From contig OZ237762.1 of assembly GCA_965178125.1 (NCBI GenBank), positions 806,001-870,000 of the forward strand: a DNA stretch of 64,000 bases. Reading direction: 5' to 3'. Below are positions 25,967-36,992 of the stretch, one piece after another. The stretch's first letter is position 1. Every line of letters begins with the position of its first letter. Below the pieces are notes generated by a model. The model was not told where the DNA came from, searched no databases, and saw only the letters and a program-made list of their open reading frames with translations. The translations under genes and the position numbers were made by a program. Origin of the DNA: Bilabrum cf. latius. Taxonomy: Eukaryota.

Positions 25967-27107
25967 TGAGGAGGAGGAGGAGGAGGAGGAGGGTGTGAAA
26001 GATGGGGTCGGTGACAGGCCTGCCTCCGGGGCTGGCCCTGGCTCTGGCATTCCCGCGGGCGAAAGCAGTGGTCACTCAGCGGCAGGCACGGATACAGAGG
26101 ACGACGGGCTGTTTTCGGCTGCCAGCGCCACTGAGGATGAGGAGGGGGAGCATAAGGACTGCGACGAGGACAAGAAGGGCGAGGGGTTGGGGCTGAGGAG
26201 GGGTCGCCGGGACTCGATGGCAATGGAAAGCAAGCACGAGCAGCGAGCGGCGAGAGCGTATGCCGCCATGTGGTGCAGGCGGGATTAGAAGGTCCAAGGG
26301 GACGGTTAGGGAAGGGGTACTGGTGCATTGCACGGTGGTGGATTCCGGGTTGCTCCCGCGGAGCTCCGTGAGGCTGCTGGTGAGCCCAGAGATAGCGCCA
26401 GTGGCAGGGGCAAGGGTATGGACGAGTCGGGTGCAGCGGAGTCCGGTGTTGGTGAAAGAGCTGGATCCAAGCCGACGGCGGCCGTCGGCATGTCCCGCGT
26501 TGTGTCTGCGCCGGACCGCATGGACAGCCGAGGCCTGGGCAAGCGCATGGCCCTGGGACCGGACGCCGCAGGGCCCGCGCGCGCGACCAAGGGCCACAGC
26601 GACGGGCAGGCTGAGGCTGGCGGGCCCGAGTCCAAGCCCAGCGGGGGTTTGTCCATCCGTGCCCCCCAGGTGGAGAGGCTTGCCTCCGGGGGAGCAGGGG
26701 CAGGGGCAGGGGCAGGAGCAGGAGGGTGCGGGATGCTTACCCCGGGCAGCGCCGCGTGGGCCAGCCACGCGCATCACATCGAGAGCGAGAGGAGAGACGA
26801 CCAGGAGAGGGCAGAGCGGTTCCTGCACCTAGCGAGGTCGCCCTCGCTGCACTCGCACAGGCTGGGAGTCGTGCGTGTGGCGGCCCCACCCGCGCCCCTG
26901 TACGCCCTGCACCCGCGCATGGAGGGCAGGATCAGGGCAGTGGTGCCCGGCCCTGCCCTGCCGAGTGCCAGCGAGGTGGCTCGCAAGACCGCGGCTCTGC
27001 GGGAGCAAGCGGCCGAAGAAGCCAGGAAGGCTAACCCGGGGAGTGGGGGTGCAGGTGTGGATGCAACAGCGGAAAACGATGGGGATGTTGGGCTGGCGGT
27101 GGACTGA
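23607..27107 (+). CDS. 5'-nucleotidase/apyrase family (calcineurin-like metallophosphoesterase + 5'-NT C domain) with large low-complexity inserts
   Basis: 'IAHFNDVY', 'FSGDAFFPS', 'GNHELD', 'ALTHMR', 'LGGHDH', 'VVKSGTDFR', 'RTRETNIG', 'LNSGTIRAD', 'GRFPQVSG'. The family C-terminal motif 'LHPRMEGRI' lies beyond two TAGs (26286, ~26307); ends TGA. Confidence 0.9.
25911..25990 (+). repeat. (CAG)18 poly-Gln followed by a (GAG)n poly-Glu tract inside the nucleotidase gene
   Basis: Directly visible trinucleotide repeats. Confidence 0.95.
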
Positions 27108-27379
27108 GGTAGAGTCTAGGGAGATGAGACCCCACGGGTCCGATTCGATTCAATTCGGCTGCTCGTTCCGTCATATATGGATCGGGGCGATGGCCAGGGT
27201 CGCATCAAAAGCGTGGCGTGCATAATTGCGCACATGGATCTGTGTGCACGCTGGCCAGTGGCCGCGCATACCAGGACCGGGCGCCAAAGGTACGCACCCA
27301 GTGGGACCCCACACAGAATATCGAACTGTTGCATCACATTCATGCACAGCTTGTCCCCATGCACATGCTCTCGGAACAG

Positions 27380-28954
27380 TCACACGAACTTGTCGCCCTC
27401 CCTGGACACGACCTTGCCATCCAAGAAGCGCATCCCGCCGCCATGCTGCGCGTCTAGCCTCCGCATCTGCTTGCGCACCTGCTTGGCCTGGGCCTTCGCG
27501 TGCCCGATTGCGGAGCGCACCATACGACCCCGGCTGTCTAGCCACAGCTGGGTCGGCGCCTTCTCCTTGCCCTTGCCCTTGCGCCTAGCTCGCTTCGCTG
27601 CCTGCTTGGCCTGCTCCGCCTCCTCCCCCGCCACATCCACGCCGGCCGCCAGGGGACGGGAGCTGCCGAACCGGGCCAGCACCCGCTCGTGCGCCCGCTC
27701 CTCCTTCCTGGCCTCTTCCAGGGAACAAAGCAGCTCCCGGCGCCGGGCGTGCCACCGCCGCCACAACCATCCGCGGTACTGCTCCAGTGGCTCACCGCCG
27801 CCGGGCCCCGCTGCACTCGTCACACCATCTTCGCCCGACGGAGGCACCCAATCGGGCAGGGAAGCCACCTCGCCCAAGCCCGGGCCACCGGCGCCACCCA
27901 TGTCCATGCCACCGCTGGCCCCGCTAGATTTCGGGGACGGCACACTGCTCTACCCCGCCGCGGCACTGCCGGCCGACCCGGCCGCACTCGTCACGCCTGA
28001 GGACGCGCCAAGCATCAGCATGGCTGCCTCATCCGGGGAGCCGCCGGCGCGCTGGAGGGCCCAGATCGCCAGGCCGAGACCGGCGGCCGAGCCAGTGTCC
28101 GCACCGCTGCTGCCTGCGCCTGCGCCAACCATCTCGACTAGCCGGTTGGCCGCGGCCACGGCCTCACGGGAAGCAGACTGTCCGCTGGAGCACCTGCTTT
28201 CGTGGATTCTCGCGAGCGATGCGGTGGCAGAATCGATGGTCGCGCCAGTGTCACGGACAGGCGCCTCGTGTGACGAGAGCGCACCAAGAGCGGCTCTGGC
28301 GCGGCGCACTGGGCCGGCTTCTGCCTGCGAGGCAGCCGCTGCCTGGGACACCGCTGCGGCTGCTTCTCGCGCCCGAGCCACCTGTGCAGCCGTTGCAGCA
28401 GTGGTGGCGGGGGCAGAGGCGGGGGCAGAGAGGCCGGACTGCTCCGTAGTGGTTGCGGCCGAGCCACTACCACGGCCCGCTTCTTCGCCGGCTTGCTCAA
28501 CGGCTGCCCGATCGCTCCTATTGGGTCGTCGGCGGGTGTCCACGCCGCCTTTCTGTTTAGCTTTCCTGCCTTTCCGGGGTCGCCTGGACTTGCGAAGGGA
28601 CTTTTCCGGCTTGTCGGTCAGTGGGTGGCACTCCTGACCGCTTGCTGCGTCCTTCGACCGAGCATCTGACAGCTCTCGAATCTCTTTGGTGCGGATTAGC
28701 GCAGCCTCCGAGCAAACATTCCAGTCTCCCAACTCTGCTAACATCTCCGCAAGATCCTCAAGTTGAATGCTTGCGTCTGCAACCAACCCTGCTTATATGT
28801 ACGAGGAATATGTCATGATTGGTTGCTAAAATGCAACTGAACGCTTTTTACAAGATAATATGATGCAAGAAAGCGGCTAAAACTAACCAGCAGCGTACTA
28901 TGCCACGTCTTCGTCTTCCCCAAAGTAACCCAGCATGGCCTTCGAGTAGCTCAT
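27380..28954 (-). CDS. Hypothetical protein, possibly CUEDC2-like
   Basis: Exon 1 '[21 protein letters not shown]', intron 28789-28887, TAG at 27950. The C-terminal '[17 protein letters not shown]' resembles the CUEDC2 tail (IRYIDNQVVSTKGERF). Ends TGA; a further 3' exon is possible. Confidence 0.5.
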
Positions 28955-29171
28955 TGTCCAAAACCTTCCCAAAACCTGTCTACTGGGTCAATCCACTAAT
29001 GATTTTTTAGTATATAGCCGAATACATGACAATGAGTATGTTCTGTGTTGGTTTCCACGAAGAGTTTCGAAGAGGTTGTGGCTCCGGGTATCCCACTCGT
29101 CACAGTATCAAATTCTGGAAATCCGATGTGCTTCTCGGCTTGCACCGAGCTTGCCACCAAGATCGAGGACC

Positions 29172-30461
29172 ATGGCTGCCGCTGGTGGTGCTGCTTCAGG
29201 AGTTGCGACGCCTGACTGTATTATTCTAGATAATGGTACTGGTTTCGTGAAGGCAGGGTACGCTGGAGACAATATTCCGAGGCATGTCTTCCCATCGATG
29301 GTTGGGCGGCCGACCTTGCGTGCTGAGGAAGACGTGATCGGGGACGTAGAGCTCAAGGTATGCGCATTGATTGTGCAACCTCCAGTAATTCTCTCTCTTA
29401 TTTCACGCATCGCTATTCGTGCATCGACTTACCAGTGCTCGCAGGATGTGATGGTTGGTGACGAGGCCTCTGCAGCACGGCGCGCCCTAGAAATCACTTA
29501 CCCAATGGAAGAGGGCAAGATTAAGAACTGGGATGACATGGAGATACTGTGGGACTACGCTTTCAATGACAGACTGCAAACAGAGACAAAAGGGAAAAGG
29601 ATCGTGTTGACTGAGCCGCCGGGCAACCCACGAGCGAGCAGGGCCAAAGTGTTGCAGTACATGTTTGAGAAGTACGAGATGGACTCTGTTTCTTTGAATG
29701 TACAAGCCATGCTGACGCTGTATGGTATTGGATCTGTGACCGGTCTAGTCGTTGACAGCGGGGACGGCGTCACCCACATTGTTTGTGTGGCTGACGGCTA
29801 TGTTCCAAAACACCTCGTAACTCGGCTGGATGTTGCTGGCCGCCATGTCACAGAGTACTTGGCAAAGCTCATGCTCCTTAGAGGGTACGCTTTCAATTCT
29901 ACGGCTGACTTTGCTACAGTTCAGGAGATCAAGGAGAAGTACTGCTACGTTGCAAAAGACCCTGCAGAAGAGCGGAAACTGGCCCTCGACACGACAGTCT
30001 TGTTGGAGAAATTCAAACTTCCGGACGGCCAGGATATCAAGATCGAAAGGGAGAGGTTTGAGGCCCCTGAAGCCCTTTTCAACCCATCGCTCATCGATGT
30101 GGAAAGACCTGGTTTAAGTGAGATGGTCTTCTAGACGATTTAGAAGGCTGACATTGATCAGCGTCGTCTGTACTACCAGAACATTGTTCTTTCTGGTGGA
30201 TCGACCATGTACCCCGGGTTGCCTACACGCCTCGAACACGACATGGTGAAGATGTACTCAGATCGAATCGCTAAAGGGAATGCGAGAATCGTCGAAGATA
30301 TGGCTATCACGATCAAAGATCCTCCGAAGCGTAAGCACATCGTGTTCAATGGAGCTGCCCTTGTAGGTGACCTCCTTAAGAGTAGCCCTGAGTTTTGGAT
30401 AACAAAGGCACAATATGAGGAGGAGGGGGAGCGGGTACTAGACAAGTATCGCACACTATGA
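29172..30461 (+). CDS. ARP2: Actin-related protein 2 (Arp2/3 complex)
   Basis: '[27 protein letters not shown]', 'QAMLTLY', '[10 protein letters not shown]', '[22 protein letters not shown]', '[10 protein letters not shown]', '[18 protein letters not shown]', '[10 protein letters not shown]'. 87-nt intron 29358-29444; TAGs at 30132 and 30141; ends TGA. Confidence 0.96.
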
Positions 30462-31084
30462 TTTGTTTACCAGCTAGATATTATTTTACACATTCCCGAA
30501 AAGTAGTGTAAAGAACTGTCAACAACACTTTTCAACAACAAAATATGGATTTTGAGCTGCCACGTTATACTTTCATATTTGACTGTATAACGCTTGATGT
30601 ACAATATTTACCATTTAGCCGGTTTGTTGATTGAACATAGTATGGCATTGATATAAAATTTAGTAGTACTTGCATGATATTTGACAGATTCTGAGTCGTT
30701 GTTGGCATGTCATGAGATAATAAACATGCAGCTCAGCAACGTAAGTGACAACCAAAATAGTTACGTAAGACAGGATAGTGAGGGTTTGATCGCATAGTGT
30801 GCAGCCAGTTCGCCATCTGCCCCGGCAGATACGCGGCTCTGGTTCAGCAGTAGTGGCGTAACAGTATGCTCAATCGGATGTCCTTATTTTATATTTGCAT
30901 GCAGGTGCTAAGCTACAGCAATGGAGTAGTAGTAGTTGTAAGCTGGTTGTGCCATAATACATTTGGTAGCACAAACATGATACTCATTGTTGGTTTTAGG
31001 GGTTACCTAAACGTATGTTGGGACGAATCAAAGCCAAATTCGAGCCTGTTCCGCCAAGTACTGTTTGTTATTTTTTAGTTTTCA

Positions 31085-34000
31085 TCAATAACAACACCAC
31101 AAACAACATTTTCCTTCAACTTCCTTTACTGCATCACCCGCGCTCTATGGATCCGTAAGACTAAGGTCTGTCTCCTTTTCTTGCTACACCTCAGTTGTGA
31201 TAATTACGGACTCCCCCTTCGAAGTTGGTGAGACTGGCACTCGCCTTGCCAATGCCAGCTATCCTTCTCTGCTTTCAAGCCAATCTGGAGCGACATTCTT
31301 CAGTACATAGTCGCACATTTGCTCTGCGATACCCCCAAAAACATCGCTTGGGGGAGGTGGCATCCTCCGCCTGGTGTCCTTGGAATGAAGATTAACATGC
31401 ATCGCACCTCCGCCAAGACACTTGACAGCCACATGAAACGCCTGAAGGCCAGATGATTGGGCATTATAAATTGAAAATGCTCTATCCCTTCCCAAGCTAT
31501 CCTAGTCAAGTGGATCGAGCACAGAACCCAGAACAGGAAGTTGCTACTCAGAGCTTAGCATGCTGTCTATGTCTCCAGCCTGAATTCCAAGAGCCTAGAG
31601 AACTTCCTCTGTATAGCTAGGTCGGACAAAAGCAACCCCAATTAGTGGACCAAGAAGTAGCAAGCGTTGCTTGCTCAAATCATCTACAGTTCCCTCGAGA
31701 TGCTGAAGTTGCAAGCCAACAAGAATATAACCCGCTATACACTGGCAAACAATTTCCTGTGCTCTATCAAGAAAAGCTTGTTCTTCTTGCCTATTCTAAC
31801 TGCTTGAGACCTGGTCTAAGATGGATGCCACTTCTTTCCATTGAGACTCAATGTCAAGTATCTCTAGCAGAGACTGCACCCGAGGCCACTGGTCTGGTAA
31901 CTTCTCCTTTACGAACTCCTGAAATCCAAAATAAGACTACTCGTCATCAAACAATGCATTGAATGCATCAACTGCGCGGGACTCGTGATGAGTAATGTGC
32001 TTTGCCCAGCACTAAGAAATACTGCTGCACTGTGCCAGCAACGTGTGGGTAGCTGGCGTATCATCCAAGAGCTAGTCAATAAGGGCCTCAGATTCGCGAC
32101 AACACTATGCTACTAAGCTCTCTTCATCTCCGGCTTCATTCGTGGAACGGGCGTGTTCAAGTGCTGTCTCTGCTTCCACACTCAGCAAGCGAAGCGTTAT
32201 ACTCCATGCAGCACGCCGCTTGCTCATGATGCTTCGTTCTAGCGCATCTACAAGATCTGCTGGAAGCACGCGCCCACTCAAGATTCGAGTCTGACCGTGA
32301 CTAGACCTATCCTGCGGTGAGTCGTGCCATGTGTTTCCAGAGTCTTCGCCAATACTCGACACAAAACTAGCATGCTACCCGTATGATGGCCCCTAGCTGC
32401 CGGTCTCAGCTGGGGCTTGCGCACCTCCTCCTACTTCTCGAGCGCCTGCTACACTTGCAGCAGGGGTAGATCCACGATCACTTCGGTTCATTACGCTGTC
32501 AATCACAGTTCTACTACGTCCAGCTTCCCTTGCGATGATTGCTACTGGCTACATGGCAGCTCGAAATGCCTTCGTCGCCTTCAGCTGAATGACCTCTTCG
32601 AATGGACACCCTCTCAAAGCTCCAAACGTCGATTGGCGTGTATAGTGCATGGCCTGCAGCGGTGGTGACGATAGCTCTATGCACTCATGTAGCAATCGCG
32701 CGCTGGAAATAGTGAGCAAGCCCCACTGGTGCATCCTAGATCCACAGCCACTGATGGAATGGCGATCGCACGCTTTCATCGCTTCGGGCCTTGAGCTGGC
32801 TGGCACCCATCGTGCTCGCCGCACGAGCTGGGCGATGGATGACAACGGCGTGCTCCGGCCCACGGTAATTATTCCCAGGGCTAGAATCTGACCAACCGGT
32901 ACATCCTAGCGTGTAGGTAGTTGCGGTTTACCTCTTGCACTTGGATCGCTAATGATTGTGCCTGTGGGGTGGGTGGTATCTTGATTCACAGCCACACCCC
33001 GGCTACTGGGCTCACGGGCAGTTATCACGAGTCTGCGGGGTGTCGTCGGCGAGGAGAGCTGCTGACAGGCTCCGTTGTCAGCCTTGCCAGATACCGCGCG
33101 AGGTAAACGCATGCCTTCTTCAGGCTCAGGTGTCGGGCTCCCCTCGTAATCCACTAGCGTGGTAGTCTGCGTGCGGGATACCTGCTGGATACTGCTTGCA
33201 CTGAGCCGCTGGTCGCGCAACGTGATTACTCGTTGCCCACGTTGCCGTGGCTGTGCCATCGAAGACGTCGCGCTTGCTGACGGCGTGCTGCTGCTAGGAG
33301 TGTACTCAAGCAAGCACCGAGGGGGTGCCATGAACGAGCCCTGGATCACGAGAGTATCACCACCGCTCGCGGATCCAGGGCTGCCTGTCAATTTTGCGGC
33401 GTTGAAGGTGCCTACAGTCGAACAAGCATTCGAACGGTGCACTGCCCGATCATAGACAGGGTCCGGGATGCCCATGGCCGAACAACAACTGGAGCACTTG
33501 CTGTTCTTCCGCGCACCCCCGGACGAGCATACACGTGTGTACATGGCCATGGCGCACCCCAGCAGTGCAGCCCAGAAGCCAGCGCCCGCGTTCTATTTCG
33601 CCAACGATACTGGGGGTATGCGTCTGGCGGAGTCCTATGTCTCGGCAAAAAGGTGGCAGGAAACTATGCACCCGGCAGCGCACAGAACAGTGGCTTCGAC
33701 CGTCTAATTGCTGGTCGACTCTAGTTCAGCGCACCAGTACTCGGCAATGCAAGGTGTGACGCGTGCCCGGTGCAAATCATACCAGCTCCATGCCGCAAAA
33801 ATCAGTGCGATCTGCTTCATCCAAGTGGAGCCACCAACCGCCCCATCACTCTGCTTGCCAGGGGTCTCTCGCACAGTCGGCATGAAACCCCCTTCCAGCT
33901 GCAATCCATGCGTGTCGTTATCACTTGGCCCGAGGCTTGGAAGTCCAGCAGCCGCCCCCGAGCGCTAGGAGCCGTCAAACCGCCGCGCGGATGCAGCGGG

Positions 34001-35686
34001 TGATACCATCCTGGCGAGCCGCTGCATGGTGGTACACCCACTGGTTGCGTGCTTTACTGCGGCTGGTGCGAGTCTTGACCGTACCTGCGCACACACCGCA
34101 CTGGCACGAGTGCTAGCGGCGCTAGCGGGATACTGGTGGAAACCCACTGCAGTGGAGGCGAGCAGCGGCCAGGCGGCCTCGAGCTACTCAACGAGAGTCC
34201 CGGCTTGACCTGCCAGGCGGGCTCTGGCGCGGTGCGGCGCTGCAGCAGCAGCGAGAAGGTTGTAAGATGCTCGCACGGCGTCCATATCAAAATGTGGGTG
34301 CCGTGTGGAATCTCGTCTGGGTCGCGCGTGGGCTGTGCGAGCGGAGTCCATGGCAGCATCCTCATGGTGGTTCTCATCGATAGACACTCGCAATCGCGGA
34401 ATAGACCGAGGTAGGCTCTCAATCGATAGGCGTATGCCCTTGAGCAGAGTGGTGCTTGGGAGGCGCGAATGCCGGTTCCCGCTGGTTGCAACGGCAGCAG
34501 TTCGACGGACTAGCGGAAGGCTAGCCCCTGCAGCATCTCGGCTGGTCGTAGGGCGAGGCCCCTCCGGAGCCTTGTCACCTTCATAGTTGGTATCGCACAC
34601 CTGGAGCTGTCCCATGGCGCTCAGCAATTCTGCATGAGCGCGGTCCTCGGCTGACACGTCTGCCGTCGCTGTGCCCCCCGCGGCCAACCCACCGACGATT
34701 CGCAGGTCTTCCAGCCCGCTGCAGTGGGCTGCCAAGATTCGGACGTTTAGCTCTGTCCATGGTACTACGTGCTTTGGCAAAGGCGCATCACCGCCGGCAC
34801 CTGAAGCTGCCCCCGCGTCTGAGTGCCTCGTCAGGTCAAGCGATCGAAGTAGCTGCTCTACATGCTCACGCGCATGCTCAAAGTCTCGACATTGGCTTCG
34901 AATGCTATTTCGGGCACTCGAAGGCAGCAGATAAACACTTGATAGCTAGGTTTGGGTTGCTCCACATCTGGCTAGGCTTGCTGTTGCAAGCAAAATAGGA
35001 GGAAGCCGTACTCCACTTGGACGGCTCTGCTAGACCACACGATGGCTTACAGCGTCATTCTGACTGAATTTGCACTGGAGTAGCGCAGCAGAACCTTGCT
35101 GCGCACCTATTGTGCGACCGAACTACTGCCATCGCTAAGAAATGGTTGAAATGACACGGTCTGAAGATCGCCAGACTTGGCCTTGGTCGTCCACAATCTC
35201 GAGGTCTATCTAGTCGCAGTCCAGCCAAACTGCGAGACTGCGTCGCAAACAGTCAAATGTGTGCTAAGAGCTTATCAAAGCTGACACCTGGGGTCTACCT
35301 GGGCGTTCAATCAAAATGCTGACTGCGCACTCTGTAGTTTCAGCAAGCAAAACAGAATCGTGCTCGGATAGCCATCCTGGCAACACGCGGGGTCGATCAC
35401 CCGGATGTACACTCGGAGACTCAAGCTAATAAGGAATTATTTCAAACAGCAAAGGTGCCAGGCCCGGTCCCAACTATTCGCCTATTTTGAGCATAGCACT
35501 TTCTTCGGAGTCGCGAGGAGATAGAAACACGCTTCCAATGCAATGAGTCTTTCCATCCAGATGACTTCGGACGACAGGTATTTTTGTGAACACATCACCG
35601 CGCTCCATATTAGACTGACCTGAACGGGAAAAGTAAGCTCCCAGGTTCGCAATGCAGCTCACACGAGTCGGGTTCAGTGCATTCAT
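31085..35686 (-). CDS. Large (~1530 aa) hypothetical protein, invisible under the standard code
   Basis: One continuous frame through track ORFs 35474-35704, 34184-34780, 33965-34147, 33704-33904, 32906-33550, 32549-32863, 32105-32362 and 31259-31495. About 28 TAGs, no TAA/TGA; ends 'GKCCLWCCY' TGA. Confidence 0.75.
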
Positions 35687-35776
35687 CTTCAGTATTGTGT
35701 ACACTCGTCATACTCTGCTGCAGCTTCTCTGCAGTAACAAGCGACATCAGGGGAGTTGTACAGCAACTCTTGTGGT

Positions 35777-36881
35777 ATGGAGGAAGGAGGTATTGTAGGT
35801 GCAGTGCTCAAGGCAGATAAATGTCGTGACTGGGTAATTGGCGATAGTGATCTCTCCCAGACGCCGTCATCACGAGATGGAATACCGAGATAGCTTGAGG
35901 ACGAAATGAGGCGTAGTAGCTGTGAATTCATCGCAAGGCTGGTCGGGAGGGCGCTACGAAGTAGGGACTTGCAGTAAGTTGGATTTTCTTCTCCGCTCTC
36001 ACAGGGCATGTGGCAGCGGGAATCATTCGCACAACAAGAAGGAAAACACGTCTTTTCCCACCGCAGAAGGCAATATCTAGTAGCATCAACCGCAATGGTA
36101 TTATTTCATCGCTTCTACTGCTCTCACTCTTTTGGAAGGCGCGATAGGGATGTGAGCCGTGGCCAGTGTGCAGCAGAAACTGGCTCTGCACGGTGCGGGT
36201 GCGAGAAGACCATTGTAGGCTTTTACTTGTATTCTACGTTCGCAGGTTATTGCCACTGCATGCGTATTGGTAGCATGCAAGGTTCGAGAATGTCCTGTGA
36301 AGGTCATGTTGCTCGCCGCAAACGCTGAAGCCATCCGCCAGAGAAAGCAGAATGTGAACGGGGACGAGTTCAAGGCATCGCTGGCTCGAATTGTTGCCGG
36401 CGAACGAGACGTCCTTACTACCCTTCGGTACAATATAATGCCTCAGGTTGCCCTTGGGCTCATCGCGGGAGTAGCTGATTTAGTTGTTCGAGATTCGGTT
36501 GCACGGGCGGCGGTGCGCGCATCCGGCAAGTCGGTGCAGTGTCTGGAGCCGCTCGCGTCTCGAACAGCGCTAGAGATGTACTCGACACCGCTGTCTCTGA
36601 CGCACACGGCCAGCGAGATTGCATACGCTGCTATCCACATGGTGTTTCTGCAGCTGAGGTAGAGGCTGCCTGAGCATACCCTCCCACCGCTTGCGTTCCC
36701 CAGCCGGATCGCTTGCGCGTGCAAGCGGTTCATTGACAGGCAGGTGGATATGTGCATGAAGCCCCGCGTGAAACCCAAGTCTAGTCCTACTAGTACTGCT
36801 GCATGTGCGAGTGGGAAAGACGCTGAGGCATAGGCAGCGACCAGCTTGAAGGGGACAGGATCCGGAGCGGGTCCACGGTAA
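35777..36881 (+). CDS. Transcriptional cyclin (cyclin T/K/L family)
   Basis: 'QTPSSRDGIPR*LEDEMRRSSCEFI', 'ASTAMVLFHRFY', 'VIATACVLVACKVRECP', 'ERDVLTTLRYN'. Introns 35974-36066 and 36152-36245; 3 TAGs; ends TAA. Confidence 0.82.
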
Positions 36882-36992
36882 AGAAAGTGGTTCCGCAGTT
36901 GAGAATAACACTAGAATGCCATCATAGTCGAAGTGAAATAGACACAGCAGATGCACCGATCGCGGTCACAACTCCCACTACCGTTGCTCCGA

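Noticed and set aside
9626-28637. Long antisense ORFs (e.g. 9889-11013, 12679-13893, 19306-20490, 27177-28637)
   Set aside because: Shadow ORFs of GC-rich genes on the opposite strand, with no independent motifs.
30462-31084. ncRNA or small gene in the AT-rich gap (small hairpin ATCTGC-CCCG-GCAGAT near 30815)
   Set aside because: No recognisable RNA family or protein motif; probably convergent 3' UTR/intergenic DNA.
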